Below are positions 1-17,898 of a DNA stretch of 64,000 bases, one piece after another. The stretch's first letter is position 1. Every line of letters begins with the position of its first letter. The position numbers were made by a program, and so were the translations under genes. Origin of the DNA: the human T2T-CHM13v2.0 reference genome, Homo sapiens; assembly GCF_009914755.1 (NCBI RefSeq), contig NC_060925.1, one strand, 5' to 3'. The notes below the pieces were generated by a model, which was given only the letters and a program-made list of their open reading frames with translations, did no database searches and was not told the DNA's origin.

Positions 1-1
1 C

Positions 2-10
2 CAGGTGAGC
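2..10 (+). promoter_or_regulatory. Candidate 5' splice donor (CAG|GTGAGC) of an exon ending at position 4
   Basis: Near-consensus donor; followed by about 650 bp of GC/CpG-richer unique sequence with CCAAT at 490. Confidence 0.4.
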
Positions 11-805
11 CTGAGTGCTGTGCTTGCCTCGTGGGGTGCTCCATGGAGATGGGTCTCCCAGGCCTCAGGGCTTCCTGGGTGCACCTCCCGTTTCTGCGTG
101 CAGGGAGGGATGGCTACAGGACTGGGCGGGAGAACTTTCCCAGTGTGGTGAGGCGTGCTGGTGAGACAGCAGTGTTTCCTGGGTTACATGTGGGCAGGAC
201 TGGGTTGGAGATGGGCCCGCAATTTGGCCTCCTGACTTGGGGTGCTCCAGTCTGCAGGTGGAAGTTCTTCCCGGCGGCTTGCAAAGAAGAAAAGCGAGGA
301 GAAGGGCACTGATTTATTCAGCAGGGCATTTCCTTGGTTTGGCTGAAAGCTTTTGACTTGCGTGAGCTCAGCAGGGGAGCGCCGTTTCCAGGCCTCGCAA
401 CACCGGCCTGCTATTAAGTGTTTCTAAGAGAATAAAAGCCTGTTGTGTTAAAAGGACTTGCCCTCCGCCAGCAGCAGTGGGCCCATTAGCCAATCCGTTG
501 GACACCCGGTGGCACACAGGCTGGCTCTGCAGGAGGTCCTCCTGGCCTCCTGCCCCTGTGTCTTTCAGAAGGCAGAGTCCGTGGGAGAGATCTGCTTCCC
601 CATCCTCCTGCCTGGTGGAGCTGAGAGTGTCAACTGACACTGTCCCTTCGGCCTCCTCCTCTGTCCCTACTGCGCTGGGTTGAGTTGCCTGTGGAGGGGC
701 TCTGCTTCCCTTCCTTTGTGGAGCTGATGTGTTCAGGAAAATATTCGAATATGTTAGATTTGTATAAACTAGGTCATTACTCTCTTGCTTTAAGGTTATA
801 CTTCA

Positions 806-1320
<515 letters not shown>

Positions 1321-1447
1321 TCCACAGAAAACTGGAGTAAAGTCTGAAGCTCCTGAAATAATAGTCAGTGTGCTAAGCAGGAACAGTGTGTACAATTTTA
1401 AGACATGAGAGTGAAATACCGGGTTTGTCATTTGCATAAGTTTTTGA

Positions 1448-1817
<370 letters not shown>

Positions 1818-1879
1818 GCATCACTTATGTTTTAATGACCAAGGTGTATACAGGTAAGAAAGTTAAGCATGTAAGTGCC

Positions 1880-2080
1880 AAGTTCATGTCTTGGTTCTAT
1901 CATTTACCAGCCATGGGCTTTGGGCAAGTTAGTTTTAACCTCATTCAGCCTCAACGTCTTCAACTCTAAAATGGGAATAAATGTTGCCTCCATCATAGAT
2001 TTATTGTGAAAGTTAAAGGATATTGCGTATAAAATGGCTTAGCATAGTTCCTGGGACGTAATTGACAATCAATATTATAA
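1880..2080 (+). mobile_element. MIR SINE relic
   Basis: Core motifs ttgggcaagtta, ctaaaatggga, cttagcatagttcctgg. Confidence 0.7.
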
Positions 2081-2379
2081 TTATTAATATGTGAACTATA
2101 GGATTTTTATTATTTAAAAGAACCTTTAAGTGAATTTCTTATAAACCTATAATGTTAGCAATGCTATGAATAAAATTTGTTTTATAAGGTTGAAGTTTGG
2201 TATGTTGTATTTTCTTGAAGCAAATTTTATAATGCATGCGACTTGATTTTTCCTTGTCCTTTCCTATTTTTGGTAAGAATGTCTAAACCTGAAAACAATG
2301 GAGTGTAGAAATAAAAATACATGATGCGGAATCTGAGAATGCCAATGCTAGGGGAAAGGAATACTGAGTGTGTGTGGCC

Positions 2380-2491
2380 GTGAGCCCCGTGGGGGCTGGG
2401 ATTTGCTCGCTGCTGTATCCCCAGGGCAGAACACCATGGGTGGCATGCAGTAGGTGCCTAATCAGTGTGTGTTGCTTGAATAAATGAATGA
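2380..2491 (+). mobile_element. L2 3' end relic
   Basis: tgctgtatcccca...gtaggtgcctaat...tgaataaatgaatga. Confidence 0.65.
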
Positions 2492-2494
2492 GAC

Positions 2495-2600
2495 CACATA
2501 GCCCAACACCTTCATTTTGTAGATGGAAACATAAGGCACAGAGAAGTAAAGTGACTTGTCTGAAATTACTTAAGGCCGATCTGGGACTGAGTCTCTGGTC
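2495..2600 (-). mobile_element. MIR relic
   Basis: cattttgtagatg...cacagagaagtaaagtgacttg. Confidence 0.6.
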
Positions 2601-3334
2601 CGTGTGATCACAAATGCTTCTAAGGCTCACAACGTAGCAGAATTCGTCTGCAATGAAGATCGTGGTGTCTTCAGCAGCACACTGGCTGGCTGGTTATCTC
2701 TCTTTCTTCCTCTGTCCTCTGCTCCCTCTTTCTACTTCTTCCCTTCTTTCTTCCTCCCATTCTTGCCCATTGCCCCTGGTGGCGTGTCCTTTGCTAAATG
2801 AGGGCTAGACAGATGTAACTTACAGCTCTGTCTCATACCACGCAACTCTAAAGTCCATCCTTAGACTACGACTTAGAGCAGATGTGAATGTTTAACCTCC
2901 CTTCTCTCTGGACATATGGCATCATCTTATTTCTCTGTTAGCTGGTCTGCCCTCCTGCCACCCATTTCAAGGCACTGTTGGCTCCTGGAAGCCATCTGGA
3001 TGGAGTTTTTGTAACGGGAAAGTGCTCCTCCAGCACCCAGGAAGCCTTGGGTGGGTGATGGTCCCTGTGATCACCCAGCCGTGGTAAGGCCTGCTTCCCT
3101 TGCTTAGCAAAACCGTACCCTGGTGGATGGTGATGCTGCAGCCGGGGCCCAGGGGGTCTATGAGCATCATGGCAAAAAAGCCTTTATGGGAGCTCCCAGT
3201 TTACTACTTTCAGCCTTTCGGAAACACACACATTTCCTTCCATTCTTTACTGGCAACACTGTCTTTTGTACAGACTGTATTTGTTTGGATTAATACAGGG
3301 AGTCTGCAAATTTTTGTTCAAATAAGAATATTGT

Positions 3335-3640
<306 letters not shown>

Positions 3641-3646
3641 TTATTT

Positions 3647-3939
<293 letters not shown>

Positions 3940-4002
3940 GAATATTGTCATTTGAGAATCACAAAACTCTGATCTTTTTAAACATAGGAGAGTGATATAG
4001 AG

Positions 4003-4648
<646 letters not shown>

Positions 4649-5092
4649 CTACTGCAAGAGTTGTATTTTCTGCCTCACGTCGCTGTCCTTCTCCCAGCCC
4701 ATTCATTTTACTTCCCCTCTCAGAATGGCCTGTGTAGTGGGAGGCCCAGGACATTTAGTGGAAGATGGACGTGGGCAGGAGTTAACGCGTCCTCCAGAGA
4801 ATGCCTCCATGTTCTTCCGTCATCCGTGCAGATATCAGGCTGCAGTCCCGCAGAAAATGATGATGTTGCACAAGGCGAAGAAGCAGATATTGACATGAGG
4901 CCAATAAAACAGGTCATGAGCCAATAAAAATGACCATCTGATTCACTTTCCAGAAGAGCTACGTTTTAATGATTTACTAGAAAGCGAATTCTTTCTTTGC
5001 ATCAATTTTTATCAAAAACTTAATGCCATTAATAGGTGAAGAACACATTTTTGATTCATTGACTAGGATTATGGTTAGTAAAATGATTTTCT

Positions 5093-5392
<300 letters not shown>

Positions 5393-5489
5393 AGTAAAAT
5401 GATTTTCTGAATGTTTTAGTGTTTTTCCTTCCAAAAGTTGTCTTTCCTGACAGTGTATTTTTATTTTACTATATAAAGAGTCACTTTCC

Positions 5490-5767
5490 GGCCGGGTGTG
5501 GTCACTCACGCCTGTAATCCCAGCCCTTTGGGAGGCCGAGGCGGGCGGATCACTTGAGGTCAGGAGTTTGAGACCAGCCTGGGAAACATGGAGAAACTCT
5601 ATTAAAAATACAAAGATTAGCCGAGTGTCATGGCGCACACCTGTAGTCCCAGTTACTCAGGAGGCTGAGGCATGAGAACTGCTTGAACCCGGGAGGCGGA
5701 GGTTGCAGTGAGCCGAGATCGTGCTTCCAGCCTGGGCAACAGAGTGAGACTCTGTCTCAAAAAAAAA
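5490..5767 (+). mobile_element. AluS
   Basis: Full dimer, degenerate TSD AGAGTCA(C)TTTCC. Confidence 0.95.
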
Positions 5768-6399
5768 GAGAGTCATTTCCCGTAAAAACCACGTGGTCTT
5801 TCTGCATCCCTAGGGGTTATTCTGGTGCCTAACGACTTCCTGAGTCCACTTTCGCCGCTTCCATGGCCACATTCGCTTTATTTTTCTCTTCTTAGGGGAG
5901 GGGAAGGCAGGGCATAGTTGCTGTAATTTGTAGAGTTGGGTTGATCAGTCGCACCTTAGTGTATATACCTCAGTGTGGAAATGTCTGAAAATTGTAACTT
6001 TGGGTTTGTAGAATTTGTTTTCCATTTCATAAGTCCTGGAATTTTAAAGTCCTGCATTTTCGGTTCGTTTAGAGGAAGCTGCATATACACATACATGTAC
6101 AGACATACGAGTGTGTATAGAATGTGGAGAAATACCACTGCCCTCAGACTCTCGTGAGATTATATTTAATCTTTTTCCTTCTAGGGAAAATTTCAAAAAG
6201 GTAGGAGGGGGCTCGTGATATATTAACATTTTTACCAAAAGCTCTGTTAGGGCTGGAGGGGAGACAGCAGAGAAGAGCAACAAGGGAAGTTTTAGTGAGA
6301 TATAGCCATATCAGAAAAGCAACAATACATTTAGGGAAGCTGGGAGAGGCAGGAGATGCCGCTGTGGGAGGGAGCTGGAAGGCTACAGGGACCTGCCAG

Positions 6400-7550
6400 A
6401 GGGAGGCTGGAGGCTGTGGGCCAGGTGGCTCAGGGAGGCTGGAGGAAGGTCAGAACCAGCCTGGCAGAGAGCCTGAAGTGACTTGGAGAATGAGGTGGAA
6501 AGAAACTTGCTTCCTCTGTGCCCTGAGCTCAAAGATAAAGGACTCTGGCCCGGCCCAAGGTCCCTGCCCCCAGAGTCCCCGCCCAGGGATCATGGATCTC
6601 CACCTTTTCCTACTCTTGGGTCTCACAGGGCCTGGGGATTGGGAAACAGAGTATTGCCAAGCCTTATTAAGCAGCTGTTTATTGGGTCAGAATACACCTG
6701 TCAGGAAAATCATCGGTAGTGAGCAGTTTCTTCCCGTTACCAGTAAATGTCGGAATTTCCTGAGTGCAGCTCTGAAGGATTTAGAGGTGTCATTCCCAGA
6801 GATTAGCAGGGACCTAATCTGTGAAGTGAAGGTGGAATGACCAGGATGGCCAGAGCCAGAGGAAGACCACGAAGCCAGAGGGTGCCCCGACAGAGGAAAA
6901 GCGGCCGGTGGGTTTTAGATCCTCATTTGGCCAGAGGGAGGCAGCTGGATCGGCTTCTCCAGAGCCTGCTGGCTGGAGGTTGGCTGTCCGTGGTGGTCTG
7001 GTTCTAAGTAGGAGAAGAGGTGGAACTTGGAGCTGGGCACCAGCTGGCACTGCTGTGTTCAGAGCATGGGAGGAAGCAGCAGCAGCAGAATCCCAGGACC
7101 CCCAAAGTGGGAGAAGGGCTCCCAGGTGCCTTACAGGTCACAGTCGAGGGCCTTCTTAAAAGCTGGCCCAAACCTGCCCTTTCCTTGCAGCCCAATGGCC
7201 TCAGGAGACAGTGACTCACGCTGTGTCCACCTGTGTCATCCTGTGGACAGCTGGAGGTCCACGGGAACAGCTGCTATGGCGGCGGACACAGCCCCGTCCA
7301 GGGCCCATGGCAGCCCCAGCTGGCTGCCCGCTCCCTCCTGTGGGCAGTGCTTCACAGCGGCAGCGGGAGCACTGGGTGCAGCCTCTGGAAGGTCTGGAAG
7401 GTGCTTGCTTTGGGGACTCGGCCCTGGTGGATCCCCTTAGCCTGTGGTATGAGCTCAGTCCCCATTTCTCAGGTGGCCTTCAAGGCTCATTCCTGACTCA
7501 CCCAGCCTCATCTCCAGCCATTCGAGATGCAGGCGTTGTCATTCCTTGAA
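6400..7550. promoter_or_regulatory. Candidate enhancer: GC-rich unique sequence with E-box/AP-1/NF-kB-like motifs
   Basis: CAGCTG x6 (6672, 6942, 7041, 7248, 7268, 7317); TGACTCA at 7212 and 7494; GGAATTTCC at 6752. Confidence 0.35.
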
Positions 7551-7729
7551 ATTCTCACGCCTTCTAGATCCTCTGTGCTTTTCATCACACTATTTCCTCT
7601 GCCTGGAATGTCTGTCTTTGCCTGGGAAACAAAAGAGAAAAATGCCTGACTGTTAGATTTAAAATAGCATCTCAAAGCTCACGTTATTTTTAAATATTTC
7701 AAACACATAGATAAGAATAGAGAATAACA

Positions 7730-7822
7730 TAATCCCAGTGCTTTGGGAGGCCATGGCTGGAGGATCTCTTGAGGCCAGGAGTTTGAGACCAGCCTGGGCT
7801 ATACAGCGAGACCCTGTCTCTA
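7730..7822 (+). mobile_element. Alu left-monomer/FLAM fragment
   Basis: taatcccagtgctttgggagg...gagaccctgtctct. Confidence 0.85.
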
Positions 7823-8239
7823 TGCCTTCCCCCCCCAAAATAGGGAACATATTGAATGTCCGGCATTAGCGTTATCAGATCTTACTGCTATGCCGTATGT
7901 ACTTCAAATCTCGTTTTATTTTAAAGAATGAAACAATAAAGATTTAGCTGAGGCGCTCAGGGTGCCCTTTCCCACTCCTGGTCTCCTTCCTTGCAAAGGA
8001 TAATGTCTACCCTTGTGTTAACTAGCCCATGTATGGTGTTCTCATTTGAGCTAGATATTCTACCTAAGAAATCTAAACACATACATTGTATTGGACTAAT
8101 AAAAAGTTGTATGTAAATTTTATATTGTGCATGACCAGCAATTGGCCTTTTCACTCAATATGATGTTTTTGAAATTTATTCAAGTTGACACATGTATAGT
8201 ATTAGCAGCTGCATGGTGTTCCATTGTATATATATGTGG

Positions 8240-8541
8240 TTTTTTGTTTGTTTGTTTGTTTGAGATGGAGTCTTGCTCTGTCGCCCAGGCTGGAGTGGAG
8301 TGGCGTGATCTCGGCTCACTGCATCCTCTGTCTCCCGGGTTCAAGTGATTCTCCTGCCTCAGCCTCCTGAGTAGCTGGGATTACAGGCACGCACCACCAC
8401 AACTGGCTGATTTTTGTATTTTTAGCAGAGACGGGGTTTCACCATGTTGCTCAGGCTGGTCTCGAACTCCTGACATCATGATCTGCCCGCCTTGGCCTCC
8501 CAAAGTGCTGGGATTACAGGCATGAGCCACCGCGCCCAGCC
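8240..8541 (-). mobile_element. AluS
   Basis: Full dimer, TSD ATATGTGGTTT. Confidence 0.95.
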
Positions 8542-9013
8542 ATATGTGGTTTATTTACTTCTCCTATGGATGGACATTTCGGTTTTTTCCCTCAGTTACC
8601 TACAGTGCTGCTGTGTGCATTCTTGCATATGTATTCTTTTGCACCTACATGGAAGTTCTCTGATATATTCAGAGGAGAGAGGAGGTAAACTGTCAAGTCA
8701 TAAGTTGTACATGTCTTCAACTTTACAACTTATCACCACATTGCTCTCCAAAGTGGCTGTTCCAGTTGGACATGCCCATCCTGTTTCTCCCTTGCCAATA
8801 CTTGTCTTTATCAAACTTTAAATATTTGCCAATCACATGGGTGAGAAGTGCTATCTCATTGTTTTAACGAGCATCTCCCTGGTTCCTGGTGAGATTGACC
8901 ATCTTTGCAAATGCCAGTTGTGTTTCCCCTTCCATGACCTAAATGTTCACATCCTTTGCCCATTTTTCCATTTGATGCATATGTTGTCCCTACTGATGTA
9001 GGGTATGGATTCT

Positions 9014-9026
9014 ATATATATACATA

Positions 9027-9078
<52 letters not shown>

Positions 9079-9090
9079 CACACATACATA
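9014..9090. repeat. (TA)n(CA)n compound microsatellite
   Basis: Directly visible. Confidence 0.95.
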
Positions 9091-9164
9091 AAAGGATCTT
9101 TTGTTGGCTATGTGCATAACGTGTTTCTCCTCCCAGTCTGTGGTTGGTCTTTTCACAGTGTTTA

Positions 9165-9846
<682 letters not shown>

Positions 9847-10330
9847 CTCCTTTTATATTTTTTTCTAAATATCATTCTATATGTTCTTCTAAAAGCCCAT
9901 TTGTTCCATTACTCTGAAAGACAATCCAAGATACGTCAGAGTCTCTTCTTGGGAAATATGGAATGACGTCTTGCATATTGTCATGATATGTAGTGGGTGG
10001 GTAAAATCCGTGAAAGGGTGAGTATTTTGCTTTTAAAGTTCTGTGACTATGGGATGGCACTCTAAGCTTCAGCTGCAGTTGGGAAAGACTTTTGCTGTAG
10101 ACCAATTTTATTGTACTTAGTCGAGTTCTAGAGGGAGCCAGGCCCAGAAAATGAGGGGGACATTTATGTCATGGAACACAGAGGAAGACTCATGAAATGG
10201 CAAGAGACCCTCCCCTCCCCTGACTTCCAATATGACACCCGTCTTCTCTGTCCTCTCTCTTCATACTGTTGTCTTAGGTGTTCCTTGTAACCAGACTTCA
10301 AACTATCTGAAAACGTTTGTGAGAAGGAAC

Positions 10331-10345
10331 ACACAGACACGCACA

Positions 10346-10381
<36 letters not shown>
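10331..10381. repeat. (CA)n microsatellite
   Basis: Directly visible. Confidence 0.95.
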
Positions 10382-10384
<3 letters not shown>

Positions 10385-11045
10385 CTGCTTTGGACTTGGA
10401 TACTTCTTAGTCCTCCTGTTATTCCTATGAACGATTCCTTCTGTTCTTCTAAGTCCCTTCTACTTTATTCAGAGATTATCATCATGACTGCTCATGATGG
10501 CAGTCAGTTTATCCAGATCACAAGTCAGAAGGGTGAAATCGGCTGAAAAGAGGATGAAATGTTTTAAACGCTCAAGAATTTCCAGTCACCACAGTCCTGA
10601 GGTTCGTTGTTTCTTTTCTGTCTGAAAGCTGTAGAACTCCATGCAGGGAGCCTGTGAGCCTCGGTGGGCTGATGAAACACTCAGAAGAAAAAAGAACTTG
10701 ATGGAGGCAGTTGCCTGTTTAGCAGACGGGATCTGAATGGAAGGTCCGAGGGTCTGCAGATGTCAGAGCTGTCCATGGCTTTGCCTGGTGTCTGTCTGAG
10801 CGATCTGGCCTTTGTCCCTGATGCCTAATCTGCCTGTTTGTCTCTCTGAGATAGCCACCAGGTGGTCTACTGATGATCAAAGCCCTCGATGGTGCAGACT
10901 GCTGTCACCCCTCGGCTGAGTCCCAAGATGGGGAGTTTGAGAATGCCGAGTCTTGCTGTTGCCCTTTCTGAATGGGGTGATGCCTGGTCAGATTTCAGTT
11001 TCCTGGAACATGTGTTAATGGTTCTCAGCAGAGGGTAGGGCTTTA

Positions 11046-11714
<669 letters not shown>

Positions 11715-12461
11715 GGTTTGCAGAGTAACTTTGTGTGGCTTTCTTGATCAACTGTGGGTGGACTTAAGATTTACAGCCGAATAAAGGACTTAAAAATACA
11801 GCCCTGGAATTTTTGCCTCTTCAAATGTCCTTCTTGAAAAGAACCCCTTTCAGAAAGTTCCACTTTTTAGGTGGAGCCCCCTGAGCCAACGCTCTGCTCT
11901 TCGGAATCATTGATCTGTCTGGGGATGAGCAATGCTGTTGTCTTCATCATCCTCGTCTTCAGCAGCATCAACAGCAAGGTGAATATTTAGCTGGTACACA
12001 TACAGGTGGCCACACCACTCACCACCTGTTAAAATATTGAGACACTGCCACACGTGTTGGTCAAGAGCTGCTGCTCTGAGTCCCAGTCTCCCCACCACCC
12101 AGGCCCTGCCTCTGGGATCTCTGGGACCTCCCCACAAATCAGCAATGAAAGCGTTGGCACCTGACCCCACAGTGGGTCTCCAGGGCTCTGCTCAGCACTC
12201 CAGCTGGTTTATATTCTGGTAGGAAGACAGACACCCACACACCCACTCCCATAGTCATTGAGGAATCCATTCTGATTGATGCCCATGCCACAAAGTTGTT
12301 AAATATCGTGAATTTCAAGTCATCCTAAGACAAAAATCTGGGCTCTTTTCTTTGGTTAGAAGACAAAGGAATTCCAGCATATGCAGAGCTGTGTACTGGG
12401 TTCTTTGGAGACATTATAATATATATAGATGGGCCCTGAAAGGCTTGCTTGTAAGGGCAGA

Positions 12462-12495
<34 letters not shown>

Positions 12496-12582
12496 ACACA
12501 CACAGACACAGACACACACAGACACAGACACACACAGATACAGACACACACACACACACAGACACAGACACACACACACACA
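12462..12582. repeat. (CA)n/(CACAGA)n compound microsatellite
   Basis: Directly visible. Confidence 0.95.
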
Positions 12583-12758
12583 AACTTAAAAAAGCAACAT
12601 GTCACCACATTGACACTGATGTAGATTGTAAGTGCAGAGGGGCCAGAGGGTAAAGATCTAGACAGATTGTTCAGAGTGTAAATCACTTAGTTTTCTGTGT
12701 TCTTAACAGTGCCTGCCACTGTGGCTGCTTAGGATTTCTTTTCATTTTTTAATATTTA

Positions 12759-13072
<314 letters not shown>

Positions 13073-14694
13073 ATTTGAGATGCTTGGAGGAATAGAAAAT
13101 TGGTGAATGTTTGAGGCAGGACGTGCTAACGAAGAGAAGAGGCTGACATTCTGCCCGAGAAGCAGGGCACGATGGCGTGGCAGCCCTGGGCTGTCGCTGG
13201 AGCGAGCTTGTTTATGGAAGTAAGAGGAAGTGGGCCCGAGGGATGCAGAGCAGACTTGCAGGGTCCTGAAGGCTGGAAACTAGATTTTGGGTGTATTAGG
13301 AAAATCATGAAGACATGTTGAAGAACTATCAGCCATCTCTTAAACTAGAAGGCAGGCCTTGCCCCAGAACAATTAAGTCATCTGTTTGGAGAAGAGGGAA
13401 CAGAGAGGAGCCTCGTGGCCTCAACCACTATTTTATCGTGACATTCTGCAGAAATCCTGGCCATTTTTTCTTTTGCTCTCTGTACCTTTCTGAACTTCTC
13501 TGCAGGGAAGTGTTGCAGCAGATGCCCTCAGCTCACCAGAGCCCGTGTTAGCCCTGGTTCCGGTCCTCAGTCTCACTGGGTGATAAGGGAAGATGAGGGA
13601 AAACTACTTCTATCAGTCACAGCACCAACAGTGCCAACACGGCCGTGCACATCCAAATGGCTTCATTATGCTCAACAGCCTGGGTGAGTCTGAGCCTTAC
13701 AGCTAAGATGCATTGCTTTTTTTTTTTCCCTCGGTGTGATAAAAATGCTGGTAGTATACTTTTATACCCCAAAATAACTGAGCACATTGAGAAAGACACG
13801 GCGACCTACTTGGGAACTTCAGCAGTATTAGCTGGAACGCTGTCTGGACAGTGGAAGGACTTTTTGCAGGGAGCTGCCGTCAGAGGACTGAGAGCCAGCG
13901 TTCAGCACGGCATCACTGAGGGCGCCTGGCATGCCTCCGCCTGCCCGTGAGAAGGCACGCTTACCTTCTAGATTTCTCACACTCCTCCAGAGTTGCATTC
14001 TGCTTCCGTAACTGTCCTAGAACAGCATTTCCTGTATGAAGATACACAGGTTTGGCCAGAGACTGAACTCTGGTTACTTCCTGAACTTGGGAACAATCCT
14101 CACCAAATCCACTAACTATTAATCATGGTCACAGGCACTCTCTTGCTTTTGCATGCTCTGCTGTGATGAAGATTGTTGACGCCAAGAACTAAATCGTAAT
14201 GAGCCCACGTGCTCTTCACAGCAGGCTCCGATAACACTTTGTCGCTTTTATGGTTAAACCTCCTCGTAAAATCTCTCTTTAAGCGAACACGTGATTATCC
14301 CCACGGTAGTTTAAACTGAACTTGATTTGTGAGTTTATTTCTTCTTTTCCATCTGAGATGTTTGCCAATATCTCTGACATATATTCTCCTATGGAAATAG
14401 CCAGAAAATGATGGATCGAGGAAATCAAGTGTAAATCAGTCTGTACCTCCGAGTGGAAACCAGTCAGTGGGATGTGAATATACTTAATATGTTCTGTTGT
14501 CTTGTGTATTGAAGGAGCCTTCATGGAGATTTTATATCTCTGGAGAAACTCCTGCAGGTTGCCTTTTTAGAGAGAGGTTTGAAATAAGAACAAAGAAAGT
14601 GAGTTCGCTTTAGCTGAGTAAGGCAGGGGGCAAGTGAAGCAGTGTTAGAGGAGGTAATGTGGCAGCTGTCTATAACAGGTGGAGCAAGGTGATT

Positions 14695-14995
14695 TTTGTG
14701 TGTTTGTTTGTTTTTGGTTTATTTTTGAGATGGAGTCTTGCTCTTTCGCCCAGGCTGGAGAGCAGTGGCATGATCTCGGCTCACTGCAACCTCTACCTCC
14801 CAGGTTCAAGCGCCTCCTGAGTAGCTGGGATTACAGGTGTGTGCCACCATGCCTGGCTAATTTTTTGTATATTTTTTAGAAGAGACAGGGTTTCACTGTG
14901 TTAGCTGGGATGGTCTCGATCTTCTGACCTTGTGATCCGCCCGCCTTGGCTTCCCAAAGTGCTGGGATTACAAGTGTGAGGCACCGCGCCCAGCC
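14695..14995 (-). mobile_element. AluS (Sc-like) with small internal deletion
   Basis: ttagc..gatggtctcgatc motif. Confidence 0.9.
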
Positions 14996-15086
14996 ACAAG
15001 ATGAGTTTTAATGGCCAAACAGAATTCCTGTTTCACAACAATTGACATTGTGTCGGCTCCCTTGTTTGTGCATATGTGTTAATCTA

Positions 15087-15372
15087 TTTTTTTTTTTTTT
15101 TTTTTTGAGTCTCACCTTGTCGCCTAGGCCGGAGTGCAATGGCATGATCTTGGCTCACTGCAACCTCCACTTCCCGGGTTAATTATCCTGCCTCAGCCTC
15201 CCTAGTAGCTGGGACTACAGGTGCCCACCACCACGCCTGGCTAACTTTTGTATTTTTAGTAGAGATGGGGTTTCACCATGGTGGCCAGGCTGGTCTGGAA
15301 CTCCTGAGCTCAAGTGATCTACCTTCCTAGGCCTCCCAGAGTGTTGGGATTACAGGCGTGAGCCACTGCATC
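15087..15372 (-). mobile_element. AluS
   Basis: Poly(T) + dimer. Confidence 0.9.
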
Positions 15373-16431
15373 AAAATGCAATTTATTTTGGATACTGAAT
15401 GCACAGAACTGATCTGGGAAGCATTGCTTTGTTTTGGAGTTTGTCCAGGACAGGTTAGAATAATATTAACATTTGATCTGAAGGCAACCTTACCTAGATT
15501 ATCTATAAATTGTTATACCACGAGACAGAAGAAATCCTATTTTCCCACTTAATATCTGTGTTAAAAATTATCCTCCAAATATCTATCAAATTTTAAAAAT
15601 TATGAAACATATTAAAAAATTTAAATCTATAGGAAATAATATAACATGATCCGTGTAGCTTTCATGCATATTTAGCATGTTGACATACTTTCTTCAGATG
15701 TGTTTTTTAATAGAAACATTATTGTCGAAGGCTTCTTATTTCCCTCTTCTTTCCATCCTGTTGCACTTTCTTTTTCCTTAGAGATAACCAAAATTAGCCT
15801 CCTACATACTTTTATGGGTACCTACATCTCTTTGTAGGTAGGAGTATTATATATAGTAAAGTACAATACCGTATATTTTGTATGCTTTAAAATTATTTAA
15901 TATGGTAAGATGCTCCACATATCAGTTGAGAACTTGACAGTTTCAAGATTTATCTATCCATTTGGTTTATTTGAACTGTGGTATAACTTTCTGATGAATG
16001 ACTGTACCTTGATTTACTTAGCTTTTCTTCTTGTGATGGACACTGTTACAAGCGGTGCTATAATAAACTTGTGCAAGTAACTCTTCATACCTGTCTTGGT
16101 CATGTAATGTGCTGGCTCACAGGACACATACATAGTCTTCAGCTTAACTAGATGTTGCCAGTTTGTTCTCCAAAATGGCTTCTCTGCAAATCTCACTACC
16201 ATTCCATATTTTCAGATTCTAAAATCCTGCCATCCTCAGATGAGGATAAAACGATGTTTTCTTGTTTTGAGATGGAACATCTTTTCATAGTTTTATTGAC
16301 CATGGGAGTTTTCTCTTTTAAGAATTGCCTATTCATTTTCTTTGCCCGTGTTTTTTCTCATTGTATTGTCTTATTTGTGTCCATTATTGTAATTGAATTT
16401 TAGGATATTTGAATGTAAATCTTTTGTTATC

Positions 16432-16971
16432 GTATTGGGGGTTCCCAAGACCACTTCTAGGCTCAGTAACTCACTAGGTTGCTCAAGAGGCTCAGCCTAT
16501 AGTCCTACTCACAGCAAAGACTTATTACAGTAAAAAGATATAAAGCAAAATTAGCCAGGGGAAAAGGCACAGAGGGTGGAGTCCAGAGGAAACCACGTGC
16601 AAGCTTCCAAGAGTCTTCTCCAGTCACATAGGACACACTTCGTTTCCCCAGCATCACATTATGACAACAGGTGTGAAGTGTGTCTACCAGGAAAGCTCAT
16701 TAGAGACTTAGGGACCAAGGTTTTTGTTGGGGGCTGGTTATATAGGCAACCTCTCTGCCTTGCCTGTACCCAAATTCCAGATTCTCAGAAGGTAAGCAGG
16801 TGTTTAGCATAAACCACACTATTTGTACAAATATTTAGGCACAGTGAGTCACTCTTACCAGTTCTAGGAATGGTAGGAACCCTCCTGAAATCTTAAGTTC
16901 TCAGATGCCAGCCAAGAGTCAACCTTGCAGGCAGGTCTTCTAACTTTCTAATTTTAACTTTTCTCTGCACG
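16432..16971 (-). mobile_element. MER21-like LTR
   Basis: Ends ggggttcccaagaccac... and ...aaccttgcaggcaggtc...ctctgcac match recalled MER21 termini. Confidence 0.7.
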
Positions 16972-17585
16972 GTTATGTTCATTTCAAATATCTTCTCCTA
17001 ATCTGTGTTTATATTGTCTTTTGCTCATCCAGCAGTAATATCTGTCTTTTTCAACGCTTTATAATTTTAATATCATGCAAAAAAATCCTTGCCTACCCCA
17101 TTCATAAAGGTAGCTCCTTATATCTTTCTCTAATAATTTTAACACATTCCTTTTTGTATTTAAGACTGTAACCTAACTGGAGGTTATTTTTGTGACTGGT
17201 AAAAGATATGAATCTCATTTATCATTTTTGGCATAGAAGTAGCCAGTTGTTTCTGCACTGTTTATTGAATGGTCTATCATATCCTCATGGATTTGTGATG
17301 CTTCCTCTGGCATACCAAGTTCTCCTGTTTGTGTTATCTATCTCTGAACTAAATTCCACACCATTTAATTGAGTTTATAAATCTTAATATTTAATAACAT
17401 AAATTGTCCCCTGCCTTGTCTTATTGATTCTTGGCTCTTATGACTGGCTTGTCAAGTTCTGCCAAAAATATATATATATGGTTAATATATATTAAGATTA
17501 ATGTATATGAATTTTTCTGTCAGAATTGCTTGGAATTTTTAGATTAATGTAAGGATAATTTACATCTTTACAAATATCTGGTCTT

Positions 17586-17898
<313 letters not shown>

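Noticed and set aside
6295-7549. Overlapping ORFs of 64-181 aa
   Set aside because: No recognisable domain or exon structure; expected in GC-rich DNA
10853-10868. CTCF-like GCCACCAGGTGGTC (similar partial matches near 369, 2772, 26208)
   Set aside because: Mismatches or indels at key 3' core positions
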